Source: Rhodothermaceae bacterium (GTDB taxonomy: Bacteria > Bacteroidota > Rhodothermia > Rhodothermales > Bin80). Taken from it: DNA of 64,000 bases. The first letter of the stretch is position 1, and each line of letters starts with the position of its first letter. The notes beneath the pieces were generated by a model. The model did not search any database. It worked only from the letters and a program-made list of their open reading frames with translations, and was not told the origin of the DNA. The DNA lies in contig VXSC01000002.1 of assembly GCA_009838195.1 (NCBI GenBank), positions 82,139 to 146,138 on the forward strand, written 5' to 3'. The position numbers and the translations under genes were made by a program. Of this stretch, positions 53,301 to 61,978 are shown piece by piece.

Positions 53301-54555
53301 TCACTGTTTCAGCCGGGCCCTCATAGGCCTTGATCAAGGCACGCTTGGCATCATCACGCAAGTGGTCGGCGGTTTGATGTTCATTGGTCATGGCCACTGC
53401 GCCAATGAATGCTCCTCCGGTGAGCAACCCTCCCTGATTTGCAATCTCACTTTGAACCTTGTGGTGCCAGTCCGCGAGTGCATCTTTTTGGCAATTCTTA
53501 AAGACGCCGTACAGTAGTTCACCAAATTTGATCACACGGCTATTTGGATCTACACGAAGCAAGCAATCTGAGAATGTTTTTTCGATATCATCAAGAAAAT
53601 CCCCGTACATTTTGGCCAGTGTCTCTGACCTCTGAGGAACCACGAGGGCAAATACGAGGTCTTTATCCTCAGCTCTTGCCGTCATCATTTCCTCGTAAAT
53701 TATCTCGTGCCGAGGGCGATTCGGGTCTTCCCTGTAGAACAGTAGCGCGAGCGTCTGCCCGAGGTTTTCGAGTAACTCTTTGGCACGGGGGTGAGACAGT
53801 CCGCTCTTAGTTATGGTGTCTACAATTAGTAGCTTATCAGTTTCTCCAATGGAAGCAACTCCGATGTAGGTGATGCTGGCTGGTTTCCTGCTGTAGGTCA
53901 GGTGATTCGACTGCAGACCTTGGGAACCAACAGGATGAATTGCCACAGATTCGGATTCCTCCAGAAGGTTATACTTCAGAACAAACGACTCTCCACGTGA
54001 GCGTATCCAGTCGAAGCCCGCGGTACCACAAACCTCGTACTCGTAGTCATCCGAGATCGGGCGAATAATTCCGACTGCATGAGCGTCAAGTACGGCACGG
54101 AATCCTTGCAGGATTGGAACTAGAATATGTTTATCAAGCGGATTGTTGGGCACGTATGGAGTGGGTGTGTCTCCAGGACTAGGTTGGGGAGTCTCTGTTA
54201 GCAGGCTCAGTTGAACCACCCCGGGTGCATCTGCGGCTGCGTCCTGGGTTTTCTGGTCAGAAAGTAATTCTTCCGAGTCTGCAGGAGATTTGTCCGAGTC
54301 TACCGGGCGAATATCCAGGATTCCTAAATCAGCTAATGATTCTTCTTCATTTAGTGCCTGAGCCTCTGAATCTGAGGTTTTTGGCTTACGGTTACGTTTC
54401 GAGGAAGGAATAGCAATCCACAGGATCAGCGAGATCAGAATGAGGCCTGCCATTGGGATGTATTTCCACCACTCATTGATCCCAATTGAGTTGACAGTGA
54501 AGAGCGTAATGGTCGACGCTACGATGGCCAGGATAGTAAAGGTGATTCGCAGCAT
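53293..54555 (-). CDS. Hypothetical membrane protein (2 TMs, acidic linker, possible GAF-like and degenerate GGDEF-like domains)
   Basis: 420-aa ORF with two N-terminal hydrophobic helices. The C-terminal pattern IKFGE...FIGAV...DAKRALIKA loosely resembles a GGDEF fold. Confidence 0.6.
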   Translation of the reverse strand: MLRITFTILAIVASTITLFTVNSIGINEWWKYIPMAGLILISLILWIAIPSSKRNRKPKTSDSEAQALNEEESLADLGILDIRPVDSDKSPADSEELLSDQKTQDAAADAPGVVQLSLLTETPQPSPGDTPTPYVPNNPLDKHILVPILQGFRAVLDAHAVGIIRPISDDYEYEVCGTAGFDWIRSRGESFVLKYNLLEESESVAIHPVGSQGLQSNHLTYSRKPASITYIGVASIGETDKLLIVDTITKSGLSHPRAKELLENLGQTLALLFYREDPNRPRHEIIYEEMMTARAEDKDLVFALVVPQRSETLAKMYGDFLDDIEKTFSDCLLRVDPNSRVIKFGELLYGVFKNCQKDALADWHHKVQSEIANQGGLLTGGAFIGAVAMTNEHQTADHLRDDAKRALIKAYEGPAETVII

Positions 54556-54725
54556 ACGTAGTCGTTAGAATAGGTGTATTATAAGGGGCAAAAATACCGA
54601 AACATCGCCCAAAATACAAACCGCTGAACACAAGGATCCGTTTGGGCTTCCATCGTTCCGCTAGGATACAATTCAGAGCATCTTTTCACCAATGCCGATT
54701 CAGTTTTCTTGGCTGTTGAAGGCCG

Positions 54726-55154
54726 TTATTGGATGTCCAGTGAGTCAGGTAGATCGTTTCGCTGCAGATTTGGGTTGAGCAGTGGGCCGGTCAGAGGGAG
54801 ATCAAAACTTGTTAGAAAATGTGCAAGCGTAGAAAACCAGAATTCTTGTTGGAATTCAACCCACCTGTCTTCATCGGACAGATCTGTCATTTTGTGTTCT
54901 TCTATATCAAGGTAGAAACTACGCGGCCAATCAGGGAATCGGTCCTGTGCATCTTTGACGATCTGGAATGCTGCCTGAGCGGCTTCTGGAAAACTCATCT
55001 CCTGGGTTACAATCATGTAGATTGATACCGTGTTGTCAAAATTCATCCAGATTCCAGGAGATTCCGGTTTGTTGTACTCTGGAATAAAAGGGGGATTATC
55101 AGTGTGGTCCCCCATGATAACAGATGGAAATGATAAGCTGAGTGTATCTCCCAC
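54726..55154 (-). CDS. Hypothetical acidic protein
   Basis: 142-aa ORF filling the gap between tRNA-Leu and the next gene on the same strand. No recognised motif, and the start is uncertain. Confidence 0.6.
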   Translation of the reverse strand: MGDTLSLSFPSVIMGDHTDNPPFIPEYNKPESPGIWMNFDNTVSIYMIVTQEMSFPEAAQAAFQIVKDAQDRFPDWPRSFYLDIEEHKMTDLSDEDRWVEFQQEFWFSTLAHFLTSFDLPLTGPLLNPNLQRNDLPDSLDIQ

Positions 55155-55260
55155 ACATCGGCCCGTTGACGTGAGAATCCAATTGAGAAAAAGTTCTGTG
55201 TTTGATCACAACGGGCCGGTGAATCGGTCTTTACGCATTGCGAAAAGATGAAAAAAACGG

Positions 55261-55344
55261 TGCCCGGGACTGGAATCGAACCAGCACGCCCGTAAGGGCA
55301 CTGCCCCCTCAAGACAGCGCGTCTACCTATTCCGCCACCCGGGC
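55261..55344 (-). tRNA. tRNA-Leu(GAG), CCA not encoded
   Basis: GCCCGGG/CCCGGGC acceptor stem with A73, D-arm GGCGGAATAGGTAGACGC, anticodon arm CTGTC-TTGAGGG-GGCAG, long variable arm and T-loop TTCGATT. Followed by CCG and then T7. Confidence 0.96.
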
Positions 55345-55347
55345 TGA

Positions 55348-55751
55348 TGGTGATCCCGCCAGGGCTCGAACCTGGGACCCTCTGATTAACCTACCACACC
55401 GGCTTTCACCGGCCATCTGGATTCATGTTGTGGTCTGGACCATCTCTTCACCCTTCCATTTGATGGGGTAGGGTGGGCTGCGTATGGCCTCTGAGGGCTC
55501 TCTCGAATCCGCACCACGCGGAAAAGGGTCCAGAATGAGTCCCAATAACCCGGCACGGTTAACGGGAACGGACTGGATTGCCCAATTCAAGGTTGCCTGC
55601 TGATTACCCATCTATCCGCCGCATTTTTACGTGTGACGACGTAGCGACGACTTTAGGGCGTCCCAGCATACAGCAGCCTCCACTCATACAGTTTCCTGCA
55701 TGAGGCTCCATGACTTAAAGTCAGATGCTCTTCCAACTGAGCTACGGGATC
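55348..55751 (-). tRNA. tRNA-Lys(UUU) split by an intron (exon 1 55718-55751, exon 2 55348-55389)
   Basis: The joined exons give a 76-nt cloverleaf: GATCCCG/CGGGATC acceptor stem, A73, encoded CCA, GCTC/GAGC D-stem, TCTGA-CTTTTAA-TCAGA anticodon arm and CCAGG-TTCGAGC-CCTGG T-arm. Confidence 0.93.
55390..55717 (-). ncRNA. Group I intron (self-splicing ribozyme, IC3-like), 328 nt, no homing endonuclease
   Basis: Exon 1 ends in U and the intron ends in G. P1 is CUU/GAG, P2 is a GAAA-capped hairpin (55683-55704), P3 is GGCUGC/GCAGCC and P4 is UGCUG/CAGCA. Q is AAUCAGCAGG. R (UCAGAGGCCAUA) pairs with S (AAGAGAUGGUCC) to form P7. P8 is CACCC/GGGUG and P9 is a GAAA hairpin. Confidence 0.92.
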
Positions 55752-55780
55752 AGAATTTAGAGAACTAACAACCCACCAAT

Positions 55781-56212
55781 TTACGGCAAATTTTCCGAAT
55801 GCTCAATCCTTTGCTCCTGCATTTCCCAGAGTATTTTCATGGGGAAGCGAAGGATCAGTTGTCCCTTTAACTTCGAAGGATCAAAATTGATGAACCCATG
55901 CGCCAGATAAATCTCTGTTGGGAGGCAGCGCCAGAGAAATTTAATCTCCCGGTCTCCTTGTCGGTAGTCGCGTGTGATAATCATTCCAACCAGATGCTCT
56001 AGACCAGAGCCAACAAATACATCCACTCCAGAACCGTCAGAGCTTATAGTATTACGGATGAACCCATAGTCCATCGGATAAATAATATCTGGATATCGGG
56101 GATGGGGCGTTTCTCTGGGGCGATCCAGCAGGATGCCCTCGGAGAGGATTAATCTTTCCCAGCGCTCCCAGGGAAATCGGTCTTGTAGCAATAATGCATA
56201 GGCATCGGTCAT
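55781..56212 (-). CDS. Small inorganic pyrophosphatase-like protein
   Basis: DRP...HPRYP..IYPMDYGF..NT.S.DG..VDVF resembles the family I PPase core. ATGA overlap with aspS. Confidence 0.7.
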   Translation of the reverse strand: MTDAYALLLQDRFPWERWERLILSEGILLDRPRETPHPRYPDIIYPMDYGFIRNTISSDGSGVDVFVGSGLEHLVGMIITRDYRQGDREIKFLWRCLPTEIYLAHGFINFDPSKLKGQLILRFPMKILWEMQEQRIEHSENLP

Positions 56213-58038
56213 TCAGGTTCCGGAACAGACCGAATGTTTAATTCACTGAGTCGTTCAGGTTCAACCGTTGAGGGGGTGCCAGACATGGGCTCCTGTGCAC
56301 TTTGTGTTTTTGGAAATGCAATCACTTCACGGAGAGACGTTGATTGTGAAAGTAGCATGACAATCCGATCCAGCCCCATGGCGATTCCTCCATGCGGAGG
56401 GGCTCCATAACGCAGAGCTTCCAGTAAAAATCCAAATCGCTCTTCACTCTCTTCGTCGGGAATTCCCAGAGTATCGAACATCTGTTTTTGAACTTTTTGA
56501 TCATGGATACGGATTGACCCTCCTCCAATCTCCATTCCATTGAGCACGATATCATAGGCGCGGGCTCGAACATGTGCCGGATCGCTCGAAAGCAGCTCCA
56601 GATCATCTGTTTTTGGGGAGGTGAATGGATGGTGCATGGCTGAATAGCGTTTTTCCCGCTCATCCCATTGCAGCAGCGGAAATTCGGTAATCCATGCAAA
56701 CTGCCAGGAGCTCTCATCGATACAGCCAAGCTCGCGGGCCATATGCAGCCGGAGGGCTCCCATTTGCTCCTGTACCGTGGGCCATTTGCCACAAAGGATC
56801 AGCAGGAGATCTCCCGTCTTGGCCCCAGATACCTGGATTGCTTCGGTTACAAATTCCTCTGGAAGTACATGACTTTTTACAGAGCAGTTTGGAGGGGTGC
56901 CGTCGGAAGGGATTCGCACATGAATCAGGCCACCGGCTCCGATTCGTTTCCGCACCACCGTCTTATCCAGGCGATCCATATATCCTCTGCCTTTGTCGCC
57001 AAACTCTGGAATAACCAGCCCCAATACCGACCCTCCTGCAGAAAGGGCCTGATCGAATACCCGGAATCCTGAATTTTTGAACGCAGAACTGAGATTGCAT
57101 ATCTGAAGATCAAAACGCAGGTCAGGCTTGTCGGAGCCATATCTCCAGAGTGCATCTTGGTAGGTCAGCCGCGGAAAAGGGGTGGGCAGCTTAATGCCGA
57201 GAACCTCGTCCCAGAGTGCTACCATCAAGCCTTCGGTCAGGGAATAGATTGCATCCTCCGTTGCAAAGGCCATTTCCACATCAATCTGCGTGAACTCCGG
57301 TTGCCGGTCGGCACGCAGGTCCTCATCTCTGAAGCATTTAACAATCTGAACATATTTGTCCAATCCCCCGATCATCAGGAGCTGCTTATAGGTCTGTGGG
57401 CTCTGAGGAAGGGCGTAGAAGGCCCCTGGATGCACCCGGCTTGGAACCAGATAGTCGCGTGCACCTTCTGGCGTTGATTTCATGAGGGTTGGCGTTTCCA
57501 CTTCAAGGAATCCCTCTGCATCAAAATAGCGGTGGATCACCTGGTAAACCTGATGTCTCAGGATCATTTTCTGCAACAAATCCGGTCGCCTGAGATCAAG
57601 GTACCGATATCTCAGGCGCAGATCTTCAGAGGCTAGCTTCGTCTTTTGTGTGTGACTGGAGATAGAAAATGGTAAGGCCTCCGATTCGGCAAGAATACAG
57701 AGGCTCTCAACCCGAACCTCAATCCTCCCCGTTGGGAGTTTGGGATTCACGGTTTCGGGTGAGCGCAGTGCGACAAAGCCCATGACGGATATGACGTACT
57801 CGCTGCGCAGGCGGTCTGCAAGTTCATGCGCAGCGGGGTTGTCCTGAGGCGAGAACACGATTTGCGTAAGGCCATAGCGATCCCGGAGATCTACAAAAAT
57901 GACCCCTCCGAGATCACGCCGTGTATCTACCCAACCTTTTAGTACAACCTGCTCGCCTAGATGTACGTCCGAGAGCTTGCCACAGGTATGTGTTCGATCT
58001 GGATGTTGATTTGTAATGTTTTCGGAAAAGCCAGACAT
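56209..58038 (-). CDS. aspS: Aspartate--tRNA ligase
   Basis: RTHTCG, RRDLGG..FVDLRDR, TPEGARDY, LPQSPQ, CFRDEDLRADRQPEFTQID, GAD domain and GAPPHGGIAMGLDR. Confidence 0.98.
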   Translation of the reverse strand: MSGFSENITNQHPDRTHTCGKLSDVHLGEQVVLKGWVDTRRDLGGVIFVDLRDRYGLTQIVFSPQDNPAAHELADRLRSEYVISVMGFVALRSPETVNPKLPTGRIEVRVESLCILAESEALPFSISSHTQKTKLASEDLRLRYRYLDLRRPDLLQKMILRHQVYQVIHRYFDAEGFLEVETPTLMKSTPEGARDYLVPSRVHPGAFYALPQSPQTYKQLLMIGGLDKYVQIVKCFRDEDLRADRQPEFTQIDVEMAFATEDAIYSLTEGLMVALWDEVLGIKLPTPFPRLTYQDALWRYGSDKPDLRFDLQICNLSSAFKNSGFRVFDQALSAGGSVLGLVIPEFGDKGRGYMDRLDKTVVRKRIGAGGLIHVRIPSDGTPPNCSVKSHVLPEEFVTEAIQVSGAKTGDLLLILCGKWPTVQEQMGALRLHMARELGCIDESSWQFAWITEFPLLQWDEREKRYSAMHHPFTSPKTDDLELLSSDPAHVRARAYDIVLNGMEIGGGSIRIHDQKVQKQMFDTLGIPDEESEERFGFLLEALRYGAPPHGGIAMGLDRIVMLLSQSTSLREVIAFPKTQSAQEPMSGTPSTVEPERLSELNIRSVPEPE

Positions 58039-58178
58039 CGTTAGTATGTGATTTTTCGGCCTAAGCCAAACAATCGGTAAATATACCGGATACGCGCGTA
58101 GGAGTAACTATTTTTCGTGAGAAGATTTCACAAAATCAAACAGACCTCGTATCTTGCGTCGCTACACTACAGATAAAA

Positions 58179-59684
58179 GTGATGACAACAGGCACTAAAC
58201 CCCCACATGCGGCACAATGGTTCGGCCATCCCCGGGGGCTTTCTACATTATTCTTTACGGAGCTCTGGGAGCGGTTTAGCTATTACGGGATGCGAGCGCT
58301 TTTGGTGCTATTTATGACGACTGCAGCTGCGGAAGGGAACCCGGGATTGGAGTTTGGGGAAGGCAAAGCTGGAGCGATCTACGGCTTATACACTTTTTTC
58401 GTGTACGTCCTGGCTTTACCTGGTGGATGGATTGCAGATAATCTTTGGGGGCAGCGTAAGGCGGTTTTTGTTGGAGGATGCATTATTGCATTGGGGCATT
58501 TCACGATGGCTGGCCCACTGGTAGGTTTCCCGGATAACGGCAGTTTTTTCCTAGGGTTGATGTTCATTGTCATTGGCACAGGTCTGCTTAAGCCGAATGT
58601 AAGTACCATGGTCGGAGACTTGTATCCAGAAGGTGGTGCAAGGCGGGATGCAGGGTTTTCGATTTTTTATATGGGAATCAATCTTGGGGCATTTGCCGGG
58701 CCAATCCTGACCGGATTACTGGGCGAAGCCTACAATTGGCATTATGGATTCTCTCTGGCAGGCGTAGGCATGATCTTCGGACTGATTCAGTATCGTATGG
58801 GCACAAAATATTTGGGGGATGCCGGCTTGCTGAAATCAGATGTATCCGAAGATACATTAAAGAGAAAAACGCGCGTTACTTATATCGTTTTGGCTTCCTC
58901 ATTTGTGATTGCTGCTGTGGCAGGCACGCTACTTTTGCAGGCGCTCCCCCTGGAGACACTCGCTGCCTGGCTTGGGTATGCGGTGATCGGAATTGCAGTG
59001 GCATTTTTTGCTTACCTCCTCATTTTCACTAACCATACCAAATTGGAAAAGAAGCGTTTGGTTGTCATTTTCTGGTTATTCATTCTGGCCGCCATTTTCT
59101 GGTCGGGATTTGAGCAGGCAGGATCATCCCTCAACCTATTTGCCCGTGATTCTACGGATCGGATGTTGGGTGGATGGGAATTGCCGGCCAGTTGGCTTCA
59201 ATCGGTCAACTCCACGTTCATCATCATTCTTGCACCTGTATTTGGTTCTCTCTGGATTACGTTGGCCAGACTTAAGCGAAATCCATCCATTCCCGCAAAA
59301 TTTGCTCTTGGATTATTAGGGCTGGCGGGGGGCTTTTTTGTCATTGCCTGGGGCGCGGCGAATGCAGAGGATGGGTCCCTGGTATCTCCGGTCTGGCTAG
59401 TTGTCATGTATTTTCTGCACACGGTGGGAGAATTGAGCTTAAGTCCGGTTGGGCTTTCTTCAATCACCAAGTTGGCACCTGTAGGAAGGGTGGGGCAAAT
59501 GATGGGGGTATGGTTTATTGGAACTGCACTGGGCAACTTGTTCGCAGGACTCGTTGCAGGGCAACTGGAGACGCTGGATGCGGCGGCTCTATTTGGCAAC
59601 GTAGCGATGATCATTGGGGTTTCAGGGGTTGTGGCCCTTGCCGCGTTCCCATTCATCAAGCGTCTGATGGGAGACGTAGATTAG
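58179..59684 (+). CDS. POT/PTR-family proton-dependent oligopeptide transporter
   Basis: FGHPRGL, ELWERFSYYGM (ExxERF), GTGLLKPN, FYMGINLG and GELSLSPVGLS. Confidence 0.95.
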   Translation: MMTTGTKPPHAAQWFGHPRGLSTLFFTELWERFSYYGMRALLVLFMTTAAAEGNPGLEFGEGKAGAIYGLYTFFVYVLALPGGWIADNLWGQRKAVFVGGCIIALGHFTMAGPLVGFPDNGSFFLGLMFIVIGTGLLKPNVSTMVGDLYPEGGARRDAGFSIFYMGINLGAFAGPILTGLLGEAYNWHYGFSLAGVGMIFGLIQYRMGTKYLGDAGLLKSDVSEDTLKRKTRVTYIVLASSFVIAAVAGTLLLQALPLETLAAWLGYAVIGIAVAFFAYLLIFTNHTKLEKKRLVVIFWLFILAAIFWSGFEQAGSSLNLFARDSTDRMLGGWELPASWLQSVNSTFIIILAPVFGSLWITLARLKRNPSIPAKFALGLLGLAGGFFVIAWGAANAEDGSLVSPVWLVVMYFLHTVGELSLSPVGLSSITKLAPVGRVGQMMGVWFIGTALGNLFAGLVAGQLETLDAAALFGNVAMIIGVSGVVALAAFPFIKRLMGDVD

Positions 59685-59863
59685 GGCCAGGCATTCATTT
59701 GCGGCGATTGACCGACGTTGCCAGCCTAGCGGGGTATCTGATTCAGTTGAGGAAAATCATCGGATTGGAACATGGCTCTGTCGTAAATCGTGGTAAATGA
59801 AAGATTTGAAACTCCAAATCAACCACAGTCCGAATCGGATAGATTCTAACCAATTCTGGCACC

Positions 59864-60604
59864 ATGCCATCTAGTGAAGGGCCAAAACATTACATTAAGC
59901 GTTTTGCACGACGCCTCGGTTTTGATGTCATACGATTCAACGCGCGCTCTTCACCTGTGGCAAGACGAATTAAGTTATTCCAGCACTTTGAAATAGGTTG
60001 CGTGCTTGATGTCGGAGCAAGTACCGGCGGATATGGCGCTGAGCTCCGTTCCACTGGCTATGATCAGCGCATTATCTCATTTGAACCATCTTCTGATGCG
60101 TTTCGCGTGCTTGAAGCCCGTGCAAGCCGGGATGCCCTCTGGGACACAGTTCAGCTCGCACTCGGAAAGGAATCAGGTGAAGCGACGCTGAACCTCTCTA
60201 ACAATCTTGAGAGCAATTCCATTCTACGTATAAAGGATCGCCACACAGCGGCTTACCCCCAAGCGAAGTATGTCGGGCAAGAGGTCATTGCAGTAGATAC
60301 TCTTGACCATGTGTTTGATCGCTACTGTACCACCGATACTCCTATCTTTTTGAAGATTGATGCCCAAGGTTACGAGCACCAAGTACTCTTGGGTGCCGAA
60401 GCTTCATTAGCGCACATCAGAGGAGTCCAGGTCGAATTATCGCTCGAGCCGATGTATGAGAATGAGACGCCTTTCTTGGAAGTCATCACATACCTCCAGG
60501 CACACGGGTTTAACCTCATGTCTCTTCAGCCGGTCATTGACGATCCTGTTACAGGTCAATTGCTCCAGGTTGATGGACTTTTTTTCAGGCCACTCACCGA
60601 GTGA
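59864..60604 (+). CDS. FkbM-family methyltransferase
   Basis: VLDVGA..G, IISFEP, FLKIDAQGYE..VL.G and LLQVDGLF. Confidence 0.92.
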   Translation: MPSSEGPKHYIKRFARRLGFDVIRFNARSSPVARRIKLFQHFEIGCVLDVGASTGGYGAELRSTGYDQRIISFEPSSDAFRVLEARASRDALWDTVQLALGKESGEATLNLSNNLESNSILRIKDRHTAAYPQAKYVGQEVIAVDTLDHVFDRYCTTDTPIFLKIDAQGYEHQVLLGAEASLAHIRGVQVELSLEPMYENETPFLEVITYLQAHGFNLMSLQPVIDDPVTGQLLQVDGLFFRPLTE

Positions 60605-60732
60605 ACGGAGGCCTTGCACCGGTAGGTCAGCGTATTATCTGGTCTTTCCCACCCAGATCAATTTGCCGCTATAATGAGGTTTAGTGCGCCCGACAGGAAA
60701 ATGCGCATTCTATGGCACATTTTAAAACCGAG

Positions 60733-61938
60733 TTAAGCGAGGTGACCATAAATCTGGTTAAAGATGACTTCAGAAAAGCCCTCTGCTGTATGATGATCAC
60801 CAAACGTTGAAGCTTTTATTGTGTCAAATGGAAAGTTTTGTGGCGATTCTAACCACTGCGACATACCGCTGGCTATGTCATCTGGTCTGGAAGATTCGAC
60901 TTCAATACCGAGTCCAAAATCACGGATGTAACGCCCGATAAGTCCATAATTGCTTCCCAATACTGGTTTACCAGCCTGGGCAGCACGAACCAGAATGCCA
61001 CTGGATCCGGCGTGTCGCTGATAGGGCAACAGAATAAGATCAGAGGCGGAAAATAGATTGATCATCTCCGTATCGGATACAAATCGCAATACCTTTACTA
61101 TCTGCACTCTGGACGACTTTTTTAAGATATCTAACTGTTCCATTAGTGCGTCCTGATAAGCAGGTGCCACGTGTCCAACGAGTGCCAAGCACAGTTTGGT
61201 TTGATTTTCGCGGGAAAGTAAGCGGACTGCATCCAACGTTTGAGTGACACCTTTACGTTCGGCTAAACTGCCAAAGAAGAGTGCTAATCTACGTTCGGAT
61301 TCCACGCCCCATTTACACCGTGTCTCTGATGGACTGATGGAAGGAAGCTGTGGCTCAACGCCGTCTGGCAGCGGAAGAATACGCACAGTTGGAGAACTGT
61401 ATTCTTCTGCGAAGTACGGATCAAGGCTGAAAAGATGTTTAAAATGTGGATTGCGAAGTGCCGCGGCTAAAAAAATACGTTTGCGCATATATCGCGCAAA
61501 ATCACCAAGACCATCCCGAAACCTGATCCGCTGTCCAGCACGTAGAAAAGGCCGAAAATATATTCCTGAAATTGAAACTGGATGTTTAAACCTGAGTCCG
61601 AAAGAGAGAGAGAGTTGGAAATGGTCAAAATCCAATAGCAGGCAGTGTGTAGGCTTCAACTCGTTCAGAGAATTCTTAAGGATGTGCCCCTGCATTCTGG
61701 CAGTCTGGACAAGGCTTCCTGACGAGGGCAGCTCAGGCAATTCCCGGATATCAGCACGGTCACATCGCTTGACCAGCTCAACTAGGTCGGGATGTTTTTT
61801 CAAGAGCGAGGGCGTGACCATAATAGATAGGTGGCCTCGAAATGTTCGCGCACACCAATATTGCGTGAGCTGCTTTACATACTGGCCATGATGGCCAGTA
61901 GCATTCAGGTCAAAAAGAACAAGGTGCGGCATATTCAT
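60733..61938 (-). CDS. GT4-family glycosyltransferase
   Basis: TGHH..Y, FFGSLAERKG and SDLILLPY...SSGIL..A...GKPV. Start set at MNMPHL. Confidence 0.85.
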   Translation of the reverse strand: MNMPHLVLFDLNATGHHGQYVKQLTQYWCARTFRGHLSIMVTPSLLKKHPDLVELVKRCDRADIRELPELPSSGSLVQTARMQGHILKNSLNELKPTHCLLLDFDHFQLSLSFGLRFKHPVSISGIYFRPFLRAGQRIRFRDGLGDFARYMRKRIFLAAALRNPHFKHLFSLDPYFAEEYSSPTVRILPLPDGVEPQLPSISPSETRCKWGVESERRLALFFGSLAERKGVTQTLDAVRLLSRENQTKLCLALVGHVAPAYQDALMEQLDILKKSSRVQIVKVLRFVSDTEMINLFSASDLILLPYQRHAGSSGILVRAAQAGKPVLGSNYGLIGRYIRDFGLGIEVESSRPDDIASGMSQWLESPQNFPFDTIKASTFGDHHTAEGFSEVIFNQIYGHLA

Positions 61939-61978
61939 TTGTTGGCTCTCCCTTGAATGAGATGGGTCTTCTTCCCGG

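Noticed and set aside
55423..55611. 62-aa ORF inside the intron as a homing endonuclease
   Set aside because: It is too short, has no nuclease motif, and runs through the catalytic core.
55348..55751. Alternative reading as tRNA-Asn(GUU), with both splice sites shifted by 1 nt (33/34)
   Set aside because: G1-C72 and A73 fit Lys, whereas Asn normally has G73. The P1 U.G pair (CUU/GAG) also places the cut after U34.
54555..55780. Integrative element at the tRNA genes
   Set aside because: I saw no integrase and no duplicated tRNA 3' end. The insert is in the anticodon loop and has ribozyme structure.
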